Assembly: GCA_028712355.1 (NCBI GenBank)
Contig: JAQTQH010000004.1
Location: forward strand, 9-64,008
Origin: Dehalococcoidales bacterium
Lineage (GTDB): Bacteria; Chloroflexota; Dehalococcoidia; Dehalococcoidales; RBG-16-60-22
Reading direction: 5' to 3'
DNA length: 64,000 nucleotides
Of this stretch, positions 45,393 through 54,453 are shown one piece after another. The position numbers were made by a program, and so were the translations under genes. The first letter of the stretch is position 1, and every line of letters starts with the position of its first letter. The notes below the pieces were generated by a model. It did no database searches. It was not told the DNA's origin and saw only the letters and a list, made by a program, of their open reading frames with translations.

Positions 45393-47618
45393 CTAGCGAA
45401 AGGGAGGTCGCCTGTCCCGCTGCGGAGGACGCCGGTCATCGTCAGAACGGCGAGGACGGCTGCCGCCGCCGAAAGATGGGCGGCGTGGGGCGCTGGCTCT
45501 CTTGGCGGCACGCTCGGCGGCTTCCGCAACACCGGACTCGCCGGCATAGACCGCCCGCCGGGACAGGTTGACCCTGCCCAGATTATCGATGCCGATTACC
45601 TTGACGGTAACCTCATCGCCGATTTTCACTTCATCTTCGACCTTGTTAACCCGGTGATCGGCGAGCTCGCTGATATGCACCAGCCCATCCTTGCCGGGTA
45701 AAATTTCCACCATGGCGCCGAATTCCAGTATCCGGCTCACTTTGCCGGTAAAGGTCGCGCCGACTTCCGGCTCGCGGGTCAGCCCCTCAATAATCTCGAT
45801 TGCCCGCTGCGCGGACGATGCATCGGTCGAGCCGATAATCACGGTGCCGTCATCTTCAATATCAATGGTGGTCTTGGTCTGCTCAATGATGGAGCGGATA
45901 GTTTTGCCGCCGGTGCCGATGACCGCGCCAATCTTATCCGGGTTAATCTTCATCTTGTGCATGCGCGGCGCATACTGGCTGACTTCGGGACGGCTGGCGC
46001 TTATCGTCGCCTGCATCTTGTCCAAAATCACCATGCGCGCGGCCTTGCCGTCAGCAAGCGCCTTATCAACTACTTCCATGGTGATACCCTGGAGCTTGGT
46101 ATCCATCTGGATTGCGGTAATACCATTACGGGTACCCGCAATTTTGAAGTCCATATCGCCGTGGGCATCCTCCCAGCCTTCGATATCGGTCAGGACGACC
46201 CACCTGCCGGCGTCATCGGTAACCAGTCCCATCGCAATTCCGGCGACCGCCGCTTTGACCGGCACGCCGGCATCCATCAAGGACAGACTACCGGCACAAA
46301 CACTCGCCATGGAGGTGCTGCCGCTGGAACTGAGTGCCTCAGAAACGAGACGGATAGTGTACGGGAAATCAGCTTCGGAAGGAATCACCTGAGACAATGC
46401 GCGTTCCGCCAGAGCGCCATGACCGATTTCACGGCGTGACGGGGACCCGGTACGCCTCACCTCTCCGGTGGAAAAGCCGGGGAAGTTATAGTGGTGCATG
46501 AAACGCTTGGTCTCTTCCAGTCCCAACCCGTCAAGCTGCTGGCTTTCTCCCATCGAACCAAGCGTGGCGATATTCAATACCTGCGTTTGCCCGCGGGTAA
46601 ACAGCGCCGAGCCATGTGTGCGCGGCAGGATACCGACGTTGCTGCTGATGGGACGAATTTCGGTGATAGCGCGCCCGCCCACCCGCCAGCCGCGGTCTAG
46701 GACTGCCTTACGCACTTCGCTATGGATCTGCTTGTCCAGCGCGGCGGCAATCACCGCCTCGGTATACTTGGTACCCAGCTTTTCGATAAGCTCGGCATTA
46801 AGTTTACGCAGGGCTTCTTCGCGGAGCGCCTTATCGGAATCCGCCAGCACCGGGAGCAGCCGATCACCCAGTACCGCTGCCACTTCACGGATAACTTCTT
46901 CACTCAGGACACCTCCGGGCACCGGCAGCTTGGTCTTGCCGCAGGTTTGCCGCAGACGCTCCTGCAGCCGGATAATGTCCTGGTTGGCTTCATGCCCGAA
47001 GCGTATTGCTTGATTGATAATGTCTTCCGGGACCTCGCTGGCGCCCGCTTCCAGCATGATTACCTTGTCTCTGGTGCTAGCGACAATGACGTCCATTTTG
47101 CTTTCGGCAAGCTGTTGCGATGTGGGATTAAGCACCATCTCTCCGTTGATATAGCCTACATGCACCGCGCCTACCGGCCCATCAAACGGGATGGGTGACA
47201 GCGTCAATGCGGCAGAAGCACCGATAACGGACATAACGTCCGGCTCGTTTTCCTGGTCGACGGAAAGGACGGTGGTGATGAGCTGAATTTCATTGCGCCA
47301 GGTCTTAGGCAACAGAGGACGGATAGGACGATCAGTGAGGCGGCAGGCCAGGATAGCTTCCTGGCTGGGGCGTCCTTCCCGGCGGATGAAACCGCCCGGG
47401 ATTTTACCAGCGGCGTAGAGCCGCTCCTCATAATCAATCGTCAGCGGTAAAAAGTCGACTCCCTCCCTCACGCCCCGCGCATAGCAGGCGGTGACCAGAA
47501 TGACAGTCTCCCCGTAAGTCACGGTGACTGCCGCATCCGCCTGTCCCGCCACCTTCCCCGTTTCAATAATTAACTGTCTACCCCCGAGGGTACACTCAAA
47601 AGATTGTGGTTGTAGCAA
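45393..47618 (-). CDS. pnp: Polyribonucleotide nucleotidyltransferase (PNPase)
   Basis: Two RNase PH domains, a KH domain (IGAVIGTGGKTIRSI) and an S1 domain. TTG start with ggag RBS. The C-terminal tail is Arg/Pro-rich. Confidence 0.95.
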   Translation of the reverse strand: MLQPQSFECTLGGRQLIIETGKVAGQADAAVTVTYGETVILVTACYARGVREGVDFLPLTIDYEERLYAAGKIPGGFIRREGRPSQEAILACRLTDRPIRPLLPKTWRNEIQLITTVLSVDQENEPDVMSVIGASAALTLSPIPFDGPVGAVHVGYINGEMVLNPTSQQLAESKMDVIVASTRDKVIMLEAGASEVPEDIINQAIRFGHEANQDIIRLQERLRQTCGKTKLPVPGGVLSEEVIREVAAVLGDRLLPVLADSDKALREEALRKLNAELIEKLGTKYTEAVIAAALDKQIHSEVRKAVLDRGWRVGGRAITEIRPISSNVGILPRTHGSALFTRGQTQVLNIATLGSMGESQQLDGLGLEETKRFMHHYNFPGFSTGEVRRTGSPSRREIGHGALAERALSQVIPSEADFPYTIRLVSEALSSSGSTSMASVCAGSLSLMDAGVPVKAAVAGIAMGLVTDDAGRWVVLTDIEGWEDAHGDMDFKIAGTRNGITAIQMDTKLQGITMEVVDKALADGKAARMVILDKMQATISASRPEVSQYAPRMHKMKINPDKIGAVIGTGGKTIRSIIEQTKTTIDIEDDGTVIIGSTDASSAQRAIEIIEGLTREPEVGATFTGKVSRILEFGAMVEILPGKDGLVHISELADHRVNKVEDEVKIGDEVTVKVIGIDNLGRVNLSRRAVYAGESGVAEAAERAAKRASAPRRPSFGGGSRPRRSDDDRRPPQRDRRPPFR

Positions 47619-47651
47619 GTGTTTTACTCCAGTAAACGGCTTAAATTTATT

Positions 47652-47930
47652 TTATTTGCGCAGCCCGAGGCCCTTGATAAGCTTGTTGTAGCGGTCCATG
47701 TCCTCGCGGCTCAGGTAAGACAACAGCCGTCTGCGCTGCCCGACCAGTTTTAGTAAGCCCCGCTGCGTGTGGTAGTCATGGCGTTGAACCGCCATGTGCC
47801 GGGTCAACTGGTTGATACGTTCCGTAAGCAGCGCGACCTGCACTTCAGTGGAACCAGTATCGCCTTCCTTCTGTTTAAAGTTGCCGATGATTTCTGTTTT
47901 CTTAGCTTTGTCCAAACGAGTCTTCTCCAA
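47652..47930 (-). CDS. rpsO: 30S ribosomal protein S15
   Basis: GDTGSTEVQVALLTERINQLTRH...HDYHTQRGLLKLVGQRRRLLSYL. Confidence 0.95.
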   Translation of the reverse strand: MEKTRLDKAKKTEIIGNFKQKEGDTGSTEVQVALLTERINQLTRHMAVQRHDYHTQRGLLKLVGQRRRLLSYLSREDMDRYNKLIKGLGLRK

Positions 47931-47954
47931 AATAATCTTTCTTTATACTGCCAA

Positions 47955-47982
47955 ATTATATCATATGTAACCATACCTGTAA
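47955..47982 (-). promoter_or_regulatory. Possible promoter for rpsO-pnp
   Basis: The minus strand reads ttacag, a 16-nt spacer, then tataat. Confidence 0.3.
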
Positions 47983-48255
47983 ATTCAAGTCGATTAAAAA
48001 TCCCTTTTTTGTCTCCCTTTTACGAAGGCAGACGAAGGATAATTTCAACTAATCAAATTGAACAATTTACCCACCTTAACCTGCGCTGAAGTTATTTGCA
48101 CGAAATCACGATTACCCAGGGCATTCTGGAAATCGAGTGGGGGATGGAACTTTCCCCCAAGCTACATCAAAAAATGCCGGAGATAGTCCGGACAGTATAA
48201 AAGAGATCAGCCCAGATGATGATTGACCTTACGCATTTTCTGCGTAGAACAATCC

Positions 48256-49026
48256 TTACCAGCAGCAATACCCGCCGTCGATAAGTATTACGCTTCCCGT
48301 CATAAAACTTGACGCTCGGGACGCCAGGTAAAGTGCCAGCCCCTTAATTTCATACGGCTCGCCAAACCTGCCCATCGGAGATAGCTGGAGCCATTCATTA
48401 GCCATATCAGAATTGAGCACCGGTGCCGTCATCTCGGTCTTCATATAACCGGGAGCGATGGCATTGACGCGGATATTATACTTGGCCAATTCCATGGCGA
48501 TGCTCTTGGTAAAATGAGCAATGGCCGCTTTAGCTGCATTATAGTGGGCCTGCTTCTGCGGCCGGTTAATGATAAATCCACTCATCGAGGAAATATTAAT
48601 GATGGTTCCTTTCTTCTCTTTGACCATTTCACGCGCGACCATCTGACTGCACAGGAAAGTACCCTTCATGTGGATATCTATCATACTGTCCCAGTCTTCT
48701 TCAGACATGCCCAAAAAAGATTTCCCCTGGCCGATTCCGGCATTGTTAATCAAGATATCGATTTTTCCGAACTTGGCTTTAACTATGTTAACCATATTTT
48801 GAACTTCCTGGGTTTTACTTACATCTACACTTACGGCAAGTGCATCTCGGCCCAATTTTCTAATTTCGTCAGCCGTCTTTTCTGCTACTTCCAGACGTCT
48901 CTGGGCTATAGCGATATCCGCCCCGGCTTCCGCCAGAGCTAATGCCATTTCCCGGCCAAGCCCCTGGCCGCCGCCGGTAATGATTGCCTTTTCACCTTTT
49001 AAATCAAACATGGATAACACGTTCAT
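48256..49026 (-). CDS. SDR-family oxidoreductase (FabG / gluconate-5-dehydrogenase-like)
   Basis: TGGGQGLG cofactor motif, NNAG, and a catalytic S...YxxxK (YNAAKAA). Confidence 0.85.
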   Translation of the reverse strand: MNVLSMFDLKGEKAIITGGGQGLGREMALALAEAGADIAIAQRRLEVAEKTADEIRKLGRDALAVSVDVSKTQEVQNMVNIVKAKFGKIDILINNAGIGQGKSFLGMSEEDWDSMIDIHMKGTFLCSQMVAREMVKEKKGTIINISSMSGFIINRPQKQAHYNAAKAAIAHFTKSIAMELAKYNIRVNAIAPGYMKTEMTAPVLNSDMANEWLQLSPMGRFGEPYEIKGLALYLASRASSFMTGSVILIDGGYCCW

Positions 49027-49054
49027 TAGCCTGCCTCCTTACAAAACGATATAA

Positions 49055-49134
49055 CTAGTGTAGTGTCACCGTAATACCTTTACAATGAGTCTAAGGTCGC
49101 CCATTGTAAAGCTGTCGTTGAGATACTACACTAG
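49055..49134. repeat. 80-bp nested palindrome in the divergent SDR/tatA intergenic region
   Basis: The outer 10-bp arms are ctagtgtagt (49055-64) and actacactag (49125-34). The inner 10-bp arms are ctttacaatg (49078-87) and cattgtaaag (49102-11). Symmetric 13-nt spacers that cannot pair separate the outer and inner arms. Confidence 0.6.
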
Positions 49135-49270
49135 CATATATTATCAGCATATGTATTGACCTTATCAAGCTATTACCCCAACTCCCAATTACAGACACGG
49201 TTAGACTTCTATTGATACAAAGGATATAATAATTTAGGCTAAACAGTCCAGCAGACAGGAGGGACGAATA

Positions 49271-49468
49271 ATGCCGTTTCGCATGGGACCATGGGAAATC
49301 GCCCTCATTCTGGCAATCATACTCATCATCTTCGGCGTCGGCAAATTGCCGCAGGTCGGCAGCGCCCTCGGCAAAGGCATCCGCATGTTCAAGAAAGCCC
49401 AGTCCGGCGAGGATGAAGAATCAAAGGAAAAACCCAAAGACACTCCCGAAAAGACGGAAAAGAGCTGA
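49271..49468 (+). CDS. tatA: Twin-arginine translocase subunit TatA
   Basis: [39 protein letters not shown] is the canonical TatA TM plus amphipathic helix. Confidence 0.85.
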   Translation: MPFRMGPWEIALILAIILIIFGVGKLPQVGSALGKGIRMFKKAQSGEDEESKEKPKDTPEKTEKS

Positions 49469-49514
49469 CCGTCATTTGCCGCTTCTTAGACCGGTAAACT
49501 GACAGACAAGGACT

Positions 49515-49751
49515 ATGGATTTTTTCGGAATGGGTTTTGGGGAAATTCTCCTCATTCTCATCATCGCCCTCATCATCTGGGGTCCCGGCAAGCTGCCGGA
49601 AATCGCCCGTACCATCGGCAAGACCGCGCGCGCCCTGCGCAAAGCCAGTACCGACTTCACCAGCGCGATTACCCGGGAAATCGAGGAAGAAGAGAAGGCG
49701 AAGCCGCCTCCGCTTCCTCCCGCGAAAGGCAGCGACACTAAAAATGACTGA
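49515..49751 (+). CDS. tatB: Twin-arginine translocase subunit TatA/TatB paralog
   Basis: FGMGFGEILLILIIALIIWGPGKLPEIARTIGKTARALRKA. Its stop overlaps the tatC start (ATGACTGA). Confidence 0.75.
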   Translation: MDFFGMGFGEILLILIIALIIWGPGKLPEIARTIGKTARALRKASTDFTSAITREIEEEEKAKPPPLPPAKGSDTKND

Positions 49752-50469
49752 TGCCAAGCTGACCGTTTTGGGTCACCTCAACGAACTGCGCAAACGTCTC
49801 ATCCGCATCGTCATCGCCTTAGCCGTAACCACCACGGTTTCCTTTATCTTCTACGAGCGGCTCTTCCAGATTCTGATCCTGCCGGCGCGGAATATCAATC
49901 TTATCTTCGTGGAGATGACCGAGATGCTGGGCACGGTGATGCGCGTCTGCCTTGCCGGCGGTATCGTGCTGGCTATGCCTTATATCGTCCACCAGATGGT
50001 TATGTTCATCGTCCCCGCCCTGAACAGACGCGAAAAGAAATACCTTTACATCGCGATGCCTTTCGTCTTCCTCATGTTCGCCGGCGGCGTGGTCTTCGGA
50101 TACTTTGTGCTCATTCCCCCCGCCGTCGAGTTCCTGCTCAATTTCGGCAGCGATATCGCGACCCCGCAGATTAAGATAGGCAACTACATCGGTATTATTA
50201 CACGGCTGCTGCTGGCAATCGGGCTGGTCTTCGAACTGCCCGTGCTGACCACCGTCCTCGCCCGCCTCGGCATCATCAAGGCGCACTGGCTGGCGCGGAA
50301 ACGCCGCCTCGCCATCATCTTCGCCTTCATCCTCGCCGCACTCATCACGCCAACTTTCGACCCCATCAACCAGAGCCTGGTGGCTATACCATTGATTATC
50401 CTTTACGAGCTGAGCATCTGGCTGGCGAAGATCTTCGAGCGGCGGGACGTTCAGGAAGCCGCCGGATAG
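49744..50469 (+). CDS. tatC: Twin-arginine translocase subunit TatC
   Basis: The start is moved to ATG 49744 (MTDAKLTVLGHLNELRKRL). Six TM segments, with the FTEMxxxxx-like motif (FVEMTEML). Confidence 0.9.
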   Translation: MTDAKLTVLGHLNELRKRLIRIVIALAVTTTVSFIFYERLFQILILPARNINLIFVEMTEMLGTVMRVCLAGGIVLAMPYIVHQMVMFIVPALNRREKKYLYIAMPFVFLMFAGGVVFGYFVLIPPAVEFLLNFGSDIATPQIKIGNYIGIITRLLLAIGLVFELPVLTTVLARLGIIKAHWLARKRRLAIIFAFILAALITPTFDPINQSLVAIPLIILYELSIWLAKIFERRDVQEAAG

Positions 50470-50500
50470 TTAAGCCCTGCCTTATAAGCGGCTAGCGGAC

Positions 50501-50719
50501 TTATTTCTTGATTTCTTCCAGTTCCTCGGTGATGTCGCGCGACATCTTTAAGAAAAGTTTGCGGAGGCGCTTCATAACCTGCTCGGCAGCCACTTCACCC
50601 GCAACTTTTGCATCATCGGCGGCTTTACGCGCGTCGGCGGCGGCTTCCTGAATTTCATTCAAAATAACCGGTAACGGTTTCTCAAAAATGCTCTGACCTT
50701 CCGAATTTTGTTCCTTCAA
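50501..50719 (-). CDS. Small helical hypothetical protein (72 aa)
   Basis: TTG start with RBS aggaga at 6-nt spacing. Ala/Glu/Lys-rich helical sequence. Confidence 0.45.
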   Translation of the reverse strand: MKEQNSEGQSIFEKPLPVILNEIQEAAADARKAADDAKVAGEVAAEQVMKRLRKLFLKMSRDITEELEEIKK

Positions 50720-50821
50720 CGTATTTCTCCTATTGAATATGAATTCCCTCTAATAAAGAATAGCTTACGTTATTATTCTTTTCAATAGCATGTCATCTTT
50801 GTTCCGCCAGCAAACACCGTA

Positions 50822-50850
50822 TTGCTTCCCGCGCAGACAGCGATTATAAT
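50822..50850 (+). promoter_or_regulatory. Promoter candidate for tRNA-Sec
   Basis: ttgctt (50822-27), a 17-nt spacer, then tataat (50845-50), about 33 nt upstream of the mature tRNA 5' end. Confidence 0.45.
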
Positions 50851-50882
50851 GAAAATTGCGAGCGTACTTCACGTTCGCACAC

Positions 50883-50978
50883 GGGAGCGCATAAGCCCCG
50901 GTGGACTTCGCGGACTTCAAATCCGTTGGGGGGCACGTCAGTGTCTTCGGTGGGTTCGACTCCCATGCGCTCCCGCCA
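50883..50978 (+). tRNA. selC: tRNA-Sec (selenocysteine, anticodon TCA)
   Basis: The 8-bp acceptor stem pairs GGGAGCGC with GCGCTCCC, followed by G-CCA. The anticodon loop is CTTCAAA. It has a long variable arm and T-arm TGGGTTCGACTCCCA, for 96 nt. It closely parallels E. coli selC in the GGACTTCAAATCC and GGTTCGACTCC blocks. Confidence 0.9.
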
Positions 50979-51019
50979 ATCTTTGCCTTATTTTCACTTT
51001 CCCCAGTATAATTAACACC

Positions 51020-51541
51020 GTGACTTACTCTTATCTTTCTCAGTTTGTGTCTTATCTCCATCGCAGGTGGGTGAGAATAAGATCTGAATTCCGCCTGCTG
51101 TGGAAGCACTACATTTACCAGAGCCTTCTGGCGACCTTCGTGCTGGTAATCGTACTGTTAGTATTGCGGGCGGAGCATGCCGTGGTGGTGGCGTCTATCG
51201 GTGCAACGGCATTCCTTGTGTTTACGATACCGTCAACCCCTACCGCCAAGCCGCGGCGCATCGTCGGCGGGCATATTATCGGCCTGCTTACCGGCTCTCT
51301 ATGCGCGCTGCTGCCGCATTCCTCGACGGCTACGTCCGTCATCGTTTACTCGGCATCAGTCGGCATCTCGATGTTTCTCATGGTAACGCTGGACGCGGAA
51401 CATCCCCCCGCCTCCGGTACGGCGCTGGGCGTCGCCATTACCGGTTTTTCCCCTGCCCTGTTTCTGACCGTCATCACCGCCAGCATTATTCTGGCACTGG
51501 CGCACCGCTATCTGCACAAGTATCTAAGGAATCTTACCTGA
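51020..51541 (+). CDS. HPP-family membrane protein
   Basis: ASIGATAFLVFTIPSTPTAKPRRIVGGHIIGLLTG and DAEHPPASGTAL match the HPP motif. The start is uncertain: in-frame GTGs occur at 51020, 51047 and 51071. The ORF-track 5' extension runs through tRNA-Sec. Confidence 0.65.
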   Translation: MTYSYLSQFVSYLHRRWVRIRSEFRLLWKHYIYQSLLATFVLVIVLLVLRAEHAVVVASIGATAFLVFTIPSTPTAKPRRIVGGHIIGLLTGSLCALLPHSSTATSVIVYSASVGISMFLMVTLDAEHPPASGTALGVAITGFSPALFLTVITASIILALAHRYLHKYLRNLT

Positions 51542-51545
51542 CGGA

Positions 51546-52031
51546 ATGATTAAACTTACTGATAAGCAAATTACAGAATATCTCTACCGCAGCTACACTA
51601 CCGTAGATGGGCTGTGGTTCATGAAGCTGGAAGAGAAATATGGCTTCGATACCGCTCTGGACATTGACGATGCCGTTTGGAAAGTTCTTCCTAAGATTCA
51701 GGCACGCATACTCAAGGCACTGGTCAAAGCTGATAGTCCCGTCGAAGCTCTATTCGAGTGTCTGACGACGCGGCAGGCGCTGGAAGGCTTCCATCTCAAA
51801 GACTGGAAAAAGTATGGCAACGACGGCTTCGAGCTTAGTATCGACCGCTGCCCCTTCTTTGATATTCAGGTCAAGTCCGGACGTAAAAAAGTTTCCGCGC
51901 GCGTTGGGGATACCATCTGCAATACCGTCCACTCCACCTGGGCAGCCGAGTTTGATAGTAAACTGACCTTTAAACTCCTGCAGCGTATGTGCCGTGGTGC
52001 CGAATTCTGTATTTTCCAGTTCCGCCGTTAG
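51546..52031 (+). CDS. DUF6125 / ATC-hydrolase-like cytosolic protein
   Basis: The VDGLWFMKLEEKYGFDTALDIDDAVW pattern and the C-terminal C...GAEFCIFQF pattern are recalled from these families. No catalytic assignment is possible. Confidence 0.55.
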   Translation: MIKLTDKQITEYLYRSYTTVDGLWFMKLEEKYGFDTALDIDDAVWKVLPKIQARILKALVKADSPVEALFECLTTRQALEGFHLKDWKKYGNDGFELSIDRCPFFDIQVKSGRKKVSARVGDTICNTVHSTWAAEFDSKLTFKLLQRMCRGAEFCIFQFRR

Positions 52032-52066
52032 CCTTTTTTCACTGCCGGTTATATAATCAGAATAAA

Positions 52067-52936
52067 ATGAATTTCGATTTTCGGAAAAAGCTCACCATCA
52101 TCCTGGCGGCGGTGGCGATAATCTCCATCGGCCTGAGCATCAGCGCCCTGTACCGCTACGAACATCTTTCCAACCGGCTGACCCGGCAGGAGCAGATGCT
52201 GGCGAACTACGCGGAGATAAAAGCGCAGCTGGATGTCAGACTGGGCACCGGGCAGAACGCCCGGGCGTTCATCACTCCCGATGAGCCGGCGGTAGCCGCC
52301 CTCGTGGACAATATCACTGGCGGATTCAATCCGGATAGATTCTGGAGAGACTATACCGAGATGTACCGCTGGGTTTTAATCAATGTGGAATACACCCAGG
52401 ACAGCCCCACCCCCATTCTCCCCGAAGATTTGACCGCCGGCGTCGCCGCCCTGCACTGGGAAAATGATTTTTGGCGCCTGCCCGTCGAGACTATCTTTCA
52501 CCGGCAGGGAGACTGTGAAGACCTTTCAGCACTGCTCGTGAGCATGCTGCTTAATTACAACCAGAGGCAGTATCCCATCTGGATTATCGGAGCTAAGACG
52601 GAAAACCCGGTACCCAAAGCCCACGTTGCCGTAGGCATTCCTCTTGAAGGCGGGCACCTCTCCATCTTCGATGTTTCCGGGCGGTATTACACGCCGTTTG
52701 CCACCCTGGGCGGATTCGGCAGCCAGCCCTTTCCGCAGGCGCTGGCACACTGGTTCACCAACATGGAACGGTCCGGCATGTTCAACGCTGAGATTTACGT
52801 GGCGTTTTCCGAGGACTTCTACCGCGAATTCACCGGTACCGAAGAATTCCTCGCCTGGGTGAATGATTATTATCAGATGGTCAACAGCGCCCCGCCCCCT
52901 ACCAATCCACCGTCTTCTTCTTCAACACCTCAATGA
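52067..52936 (+). CDS. Membrane-anchored transglutaminase-like cysteine peptidase-fold protein
   Basis: The start is at ATG 52067 (MNFDFRKK plus a TM helix). A Cys-His-Asp arrangement is present (GDCEDLSALLVSML ... KAHVAVGI ... SIFDVSG). The C-terminal tail is Pro/Ser-rich. Confidence 0.6.
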   Translation: MNFDFRKKLTIILAAVAIISIGLSISALYRYEHLSNRLTRQEQMLANYAEIKAQLDVRLGTGQNARAFITPDEPAVAALVDNITGGFNPDRFWRDYTEMYRWVLINVEYTQDSPTPILPEDLTAGVAALHWENDFWRLPVETIFHRQGDCEDLSALLVSMLLNYNQRQYPIWIIGAKTENPVPKAHVAVGIPLEGGHLSIFDVSGRYYTPFATLGGFGSQPFPQALAHWFTNMERSGMFNAEIYVAFSEDFYREFTGTEEFLAWVNDYYQMVNSAPPPTNPPSSSSTPQ

Positions 52937-53204
52937 GTCGGTCGGTAGACATCGCCGGCATGGTAGTAGCGCTAACCGTACCGCGGGCGCTCAGATTGAT
53001 GGCCAGTTTCGCCGCGATTTCATCGCTGGGCGCTTCGACAATATTCACAAAATCGTAAGGGCCGAGCAGGGCGTACTGCGTCAGTATCTTCACCCCCATC
53101 AACTCGACTTCTCTATCAACTTCCTTGATTCTTTCCGGATTGTCCCGGATGGTCTTCCTGCCTTCCTGCGTCAGCGTAGTCAACATCATATAGACTGGCA
53201 TCAT
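52899..53204 (-). CDS. GYD domain protein
   Basis: MPVYMMLTTLTQEGRKTI...LLGPYDFVNIVEAPSDE is the typical GYD family pattern. Confidence 0.75.
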   Translation of the reverse strand: MMPVYMMLTTLTQEGRKTIRDNPERIKEVDREVELMGVKILTQYALLGPYDFVNIVEAPSDEIAAKLAINLSARGTVSATTMPAMSTDRLIEVLKKKTVDW

Positions 53205-53259
53205 ACCCTCCTTAATCAGCCGCTTTGTGCGGTAATCTTATCCTGTAGCGGGCTAATTG

Positions 53260-54378
53260 TCAACCATCCTTTTGTCCCGTCTTCCGCACATCGTCCGGAG
53301 AATTACCGAAATACACCTTCATATGCGGCCATGGTATCTCGATGCTTTCGGCTTCAAACGCTTTCTTCAGCCGCAGGCGCATTTCCCCCATCACATTCCA
53401 CTGCTCAATGGGTTTAACGTCTCCAGTGATTTTAAGCTCAATACCGGAATCCCCGAATTTATCTACCCGCAACACCTGGGGAACCGTCCGGATGACCTTT
53501 GACCACTTATCTTCGGCAGACATCTCGCGGCACACGCGGTTGATGACGTTGATAGCATGGTCGAGGTCAGTATTATAAGAGACTGAGATATTCAGATTTA
53601 CCCTGGAGAAATGGCGTGTGAAGTTGCTGGCAACCCGGATTTCCCCATTCGGTACATGATGCACAATGCCATCCAGGTCACGCAGCACGGTCTTACGAAG
53701 GTTAATCTCCTCTACCAGTCCGGAAACATCGGCTATCTTGACCACATCGCCGACGCGGTACTGGTTTTCCATCAAAACAAAAACACCCGCAATTAAATCT
53801 TTAATCAGGTATTGCGCGCCAAAGCCCACGGCGATACCGGCAATACCGAAGCCGGCCAGGATTGGAGCAATAGGTATCTTCATTTCATCCAGAATCATAA
53901 ACAAAATGATGATGATGATAGTTATTTTCCCGATGCTCATGAAAACATTACGGAGGGTGGCAGTCCGCTTTTTGATCCCCTCCAGGCTCTCGCCCCGCAC
54001 CGGGTGCACCATGAGACGGGTCAGCAGGGGCGGCAGGAACCGGGTCAGACCATACCATAAGGCCAAGCCCAGCAATAGAATAAATAAAATAGCACTGCCA
54101 TGTTCTTTAAGCCATCCCGTAACCATTTCAGGCGTAATCAAAGTGCCAATACCTTCGCGCGATACGATAATCGCCCACAGAGATGCCGCCACCAGCGCCA
54201 GGAGAATTGCTTCGATAATCCAGAATACGACGGTTAAATAAGTACTAGGTTTCTTCAGTTTCGAGTCCTTTTCAGAAGTCTTTTTTGACGCTCTATCCCT
54301 CATGACCAGCAGCGCAACCAAAAGAAACGCCGAAACCAGCATAATCCAGGTGCTATTGGAGGTGAACCATTCCCACAT
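53260..54378 (-). CDS. Mechanosensitive ion channel (MscS family)
   Basis: The MscS core is present (GFGAQYLIKDLIAGVFVLMENQYRVGDVVKI). The start is moved to ATG 54378, which has RBS gaggag at 6-nt spacing. Confidence 0.85.
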   Translation of the reverse strand: MWEWFTSNSTWIMLVSAFLLVALLVMRDRASKKTSEKDSKLKKPSTYLTVVFWIIEAILLALVAASLWAIIVSREGIGTLITPEMVTGWLKEHGSAILFILLLGLALWYGLTRFLPPLLTRLMVHPVRGESLEGIKKRTATLRNVFMSIGKITIIIIILFMILDEMKIPIAPILAGFGIAGIAVGFGAQYLIKDLIAGVFVLMENQYRVGDVVKIADVSGLVEEINLRKTVLRDLDGIVHHVPNGEIRVASNFTRHFSRVNLNISVSYNTDLDHAINVINRVCREMSAEDKWSKVIRTVPQVLRVDKFGDSGIELKITGDVKPIEQWNVMGEMRLRLKKAFEAESIEIPWPHMKVYFGNSPDDVRKTGQKDG

Positions 54379-54453
54379 GACAATCTCCTCGTCGCAAGAT
54401 AGCAATATTATACAACAACGCCCACTAAAACGGCTGGTAGAACTACCGGCATT

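Noticed and set aside
49537-49743. 5' extension of the tatC ORF (start at 49537)
   Set aside because: The extension overlaps the tatB-like gene in another frame and translates to a Ser/Pro/Arg-rich sequence. The canonical TatC N-terminus begins at ATG 49744.
50822-51019. 5' extension of the HPP ORF, and the 114-aa minus-strand ORF 50765..51109
   Set aside because: Both run across the tRNA-Sec gene. The conserved HPP sequence only begins downstream of the tRNA.
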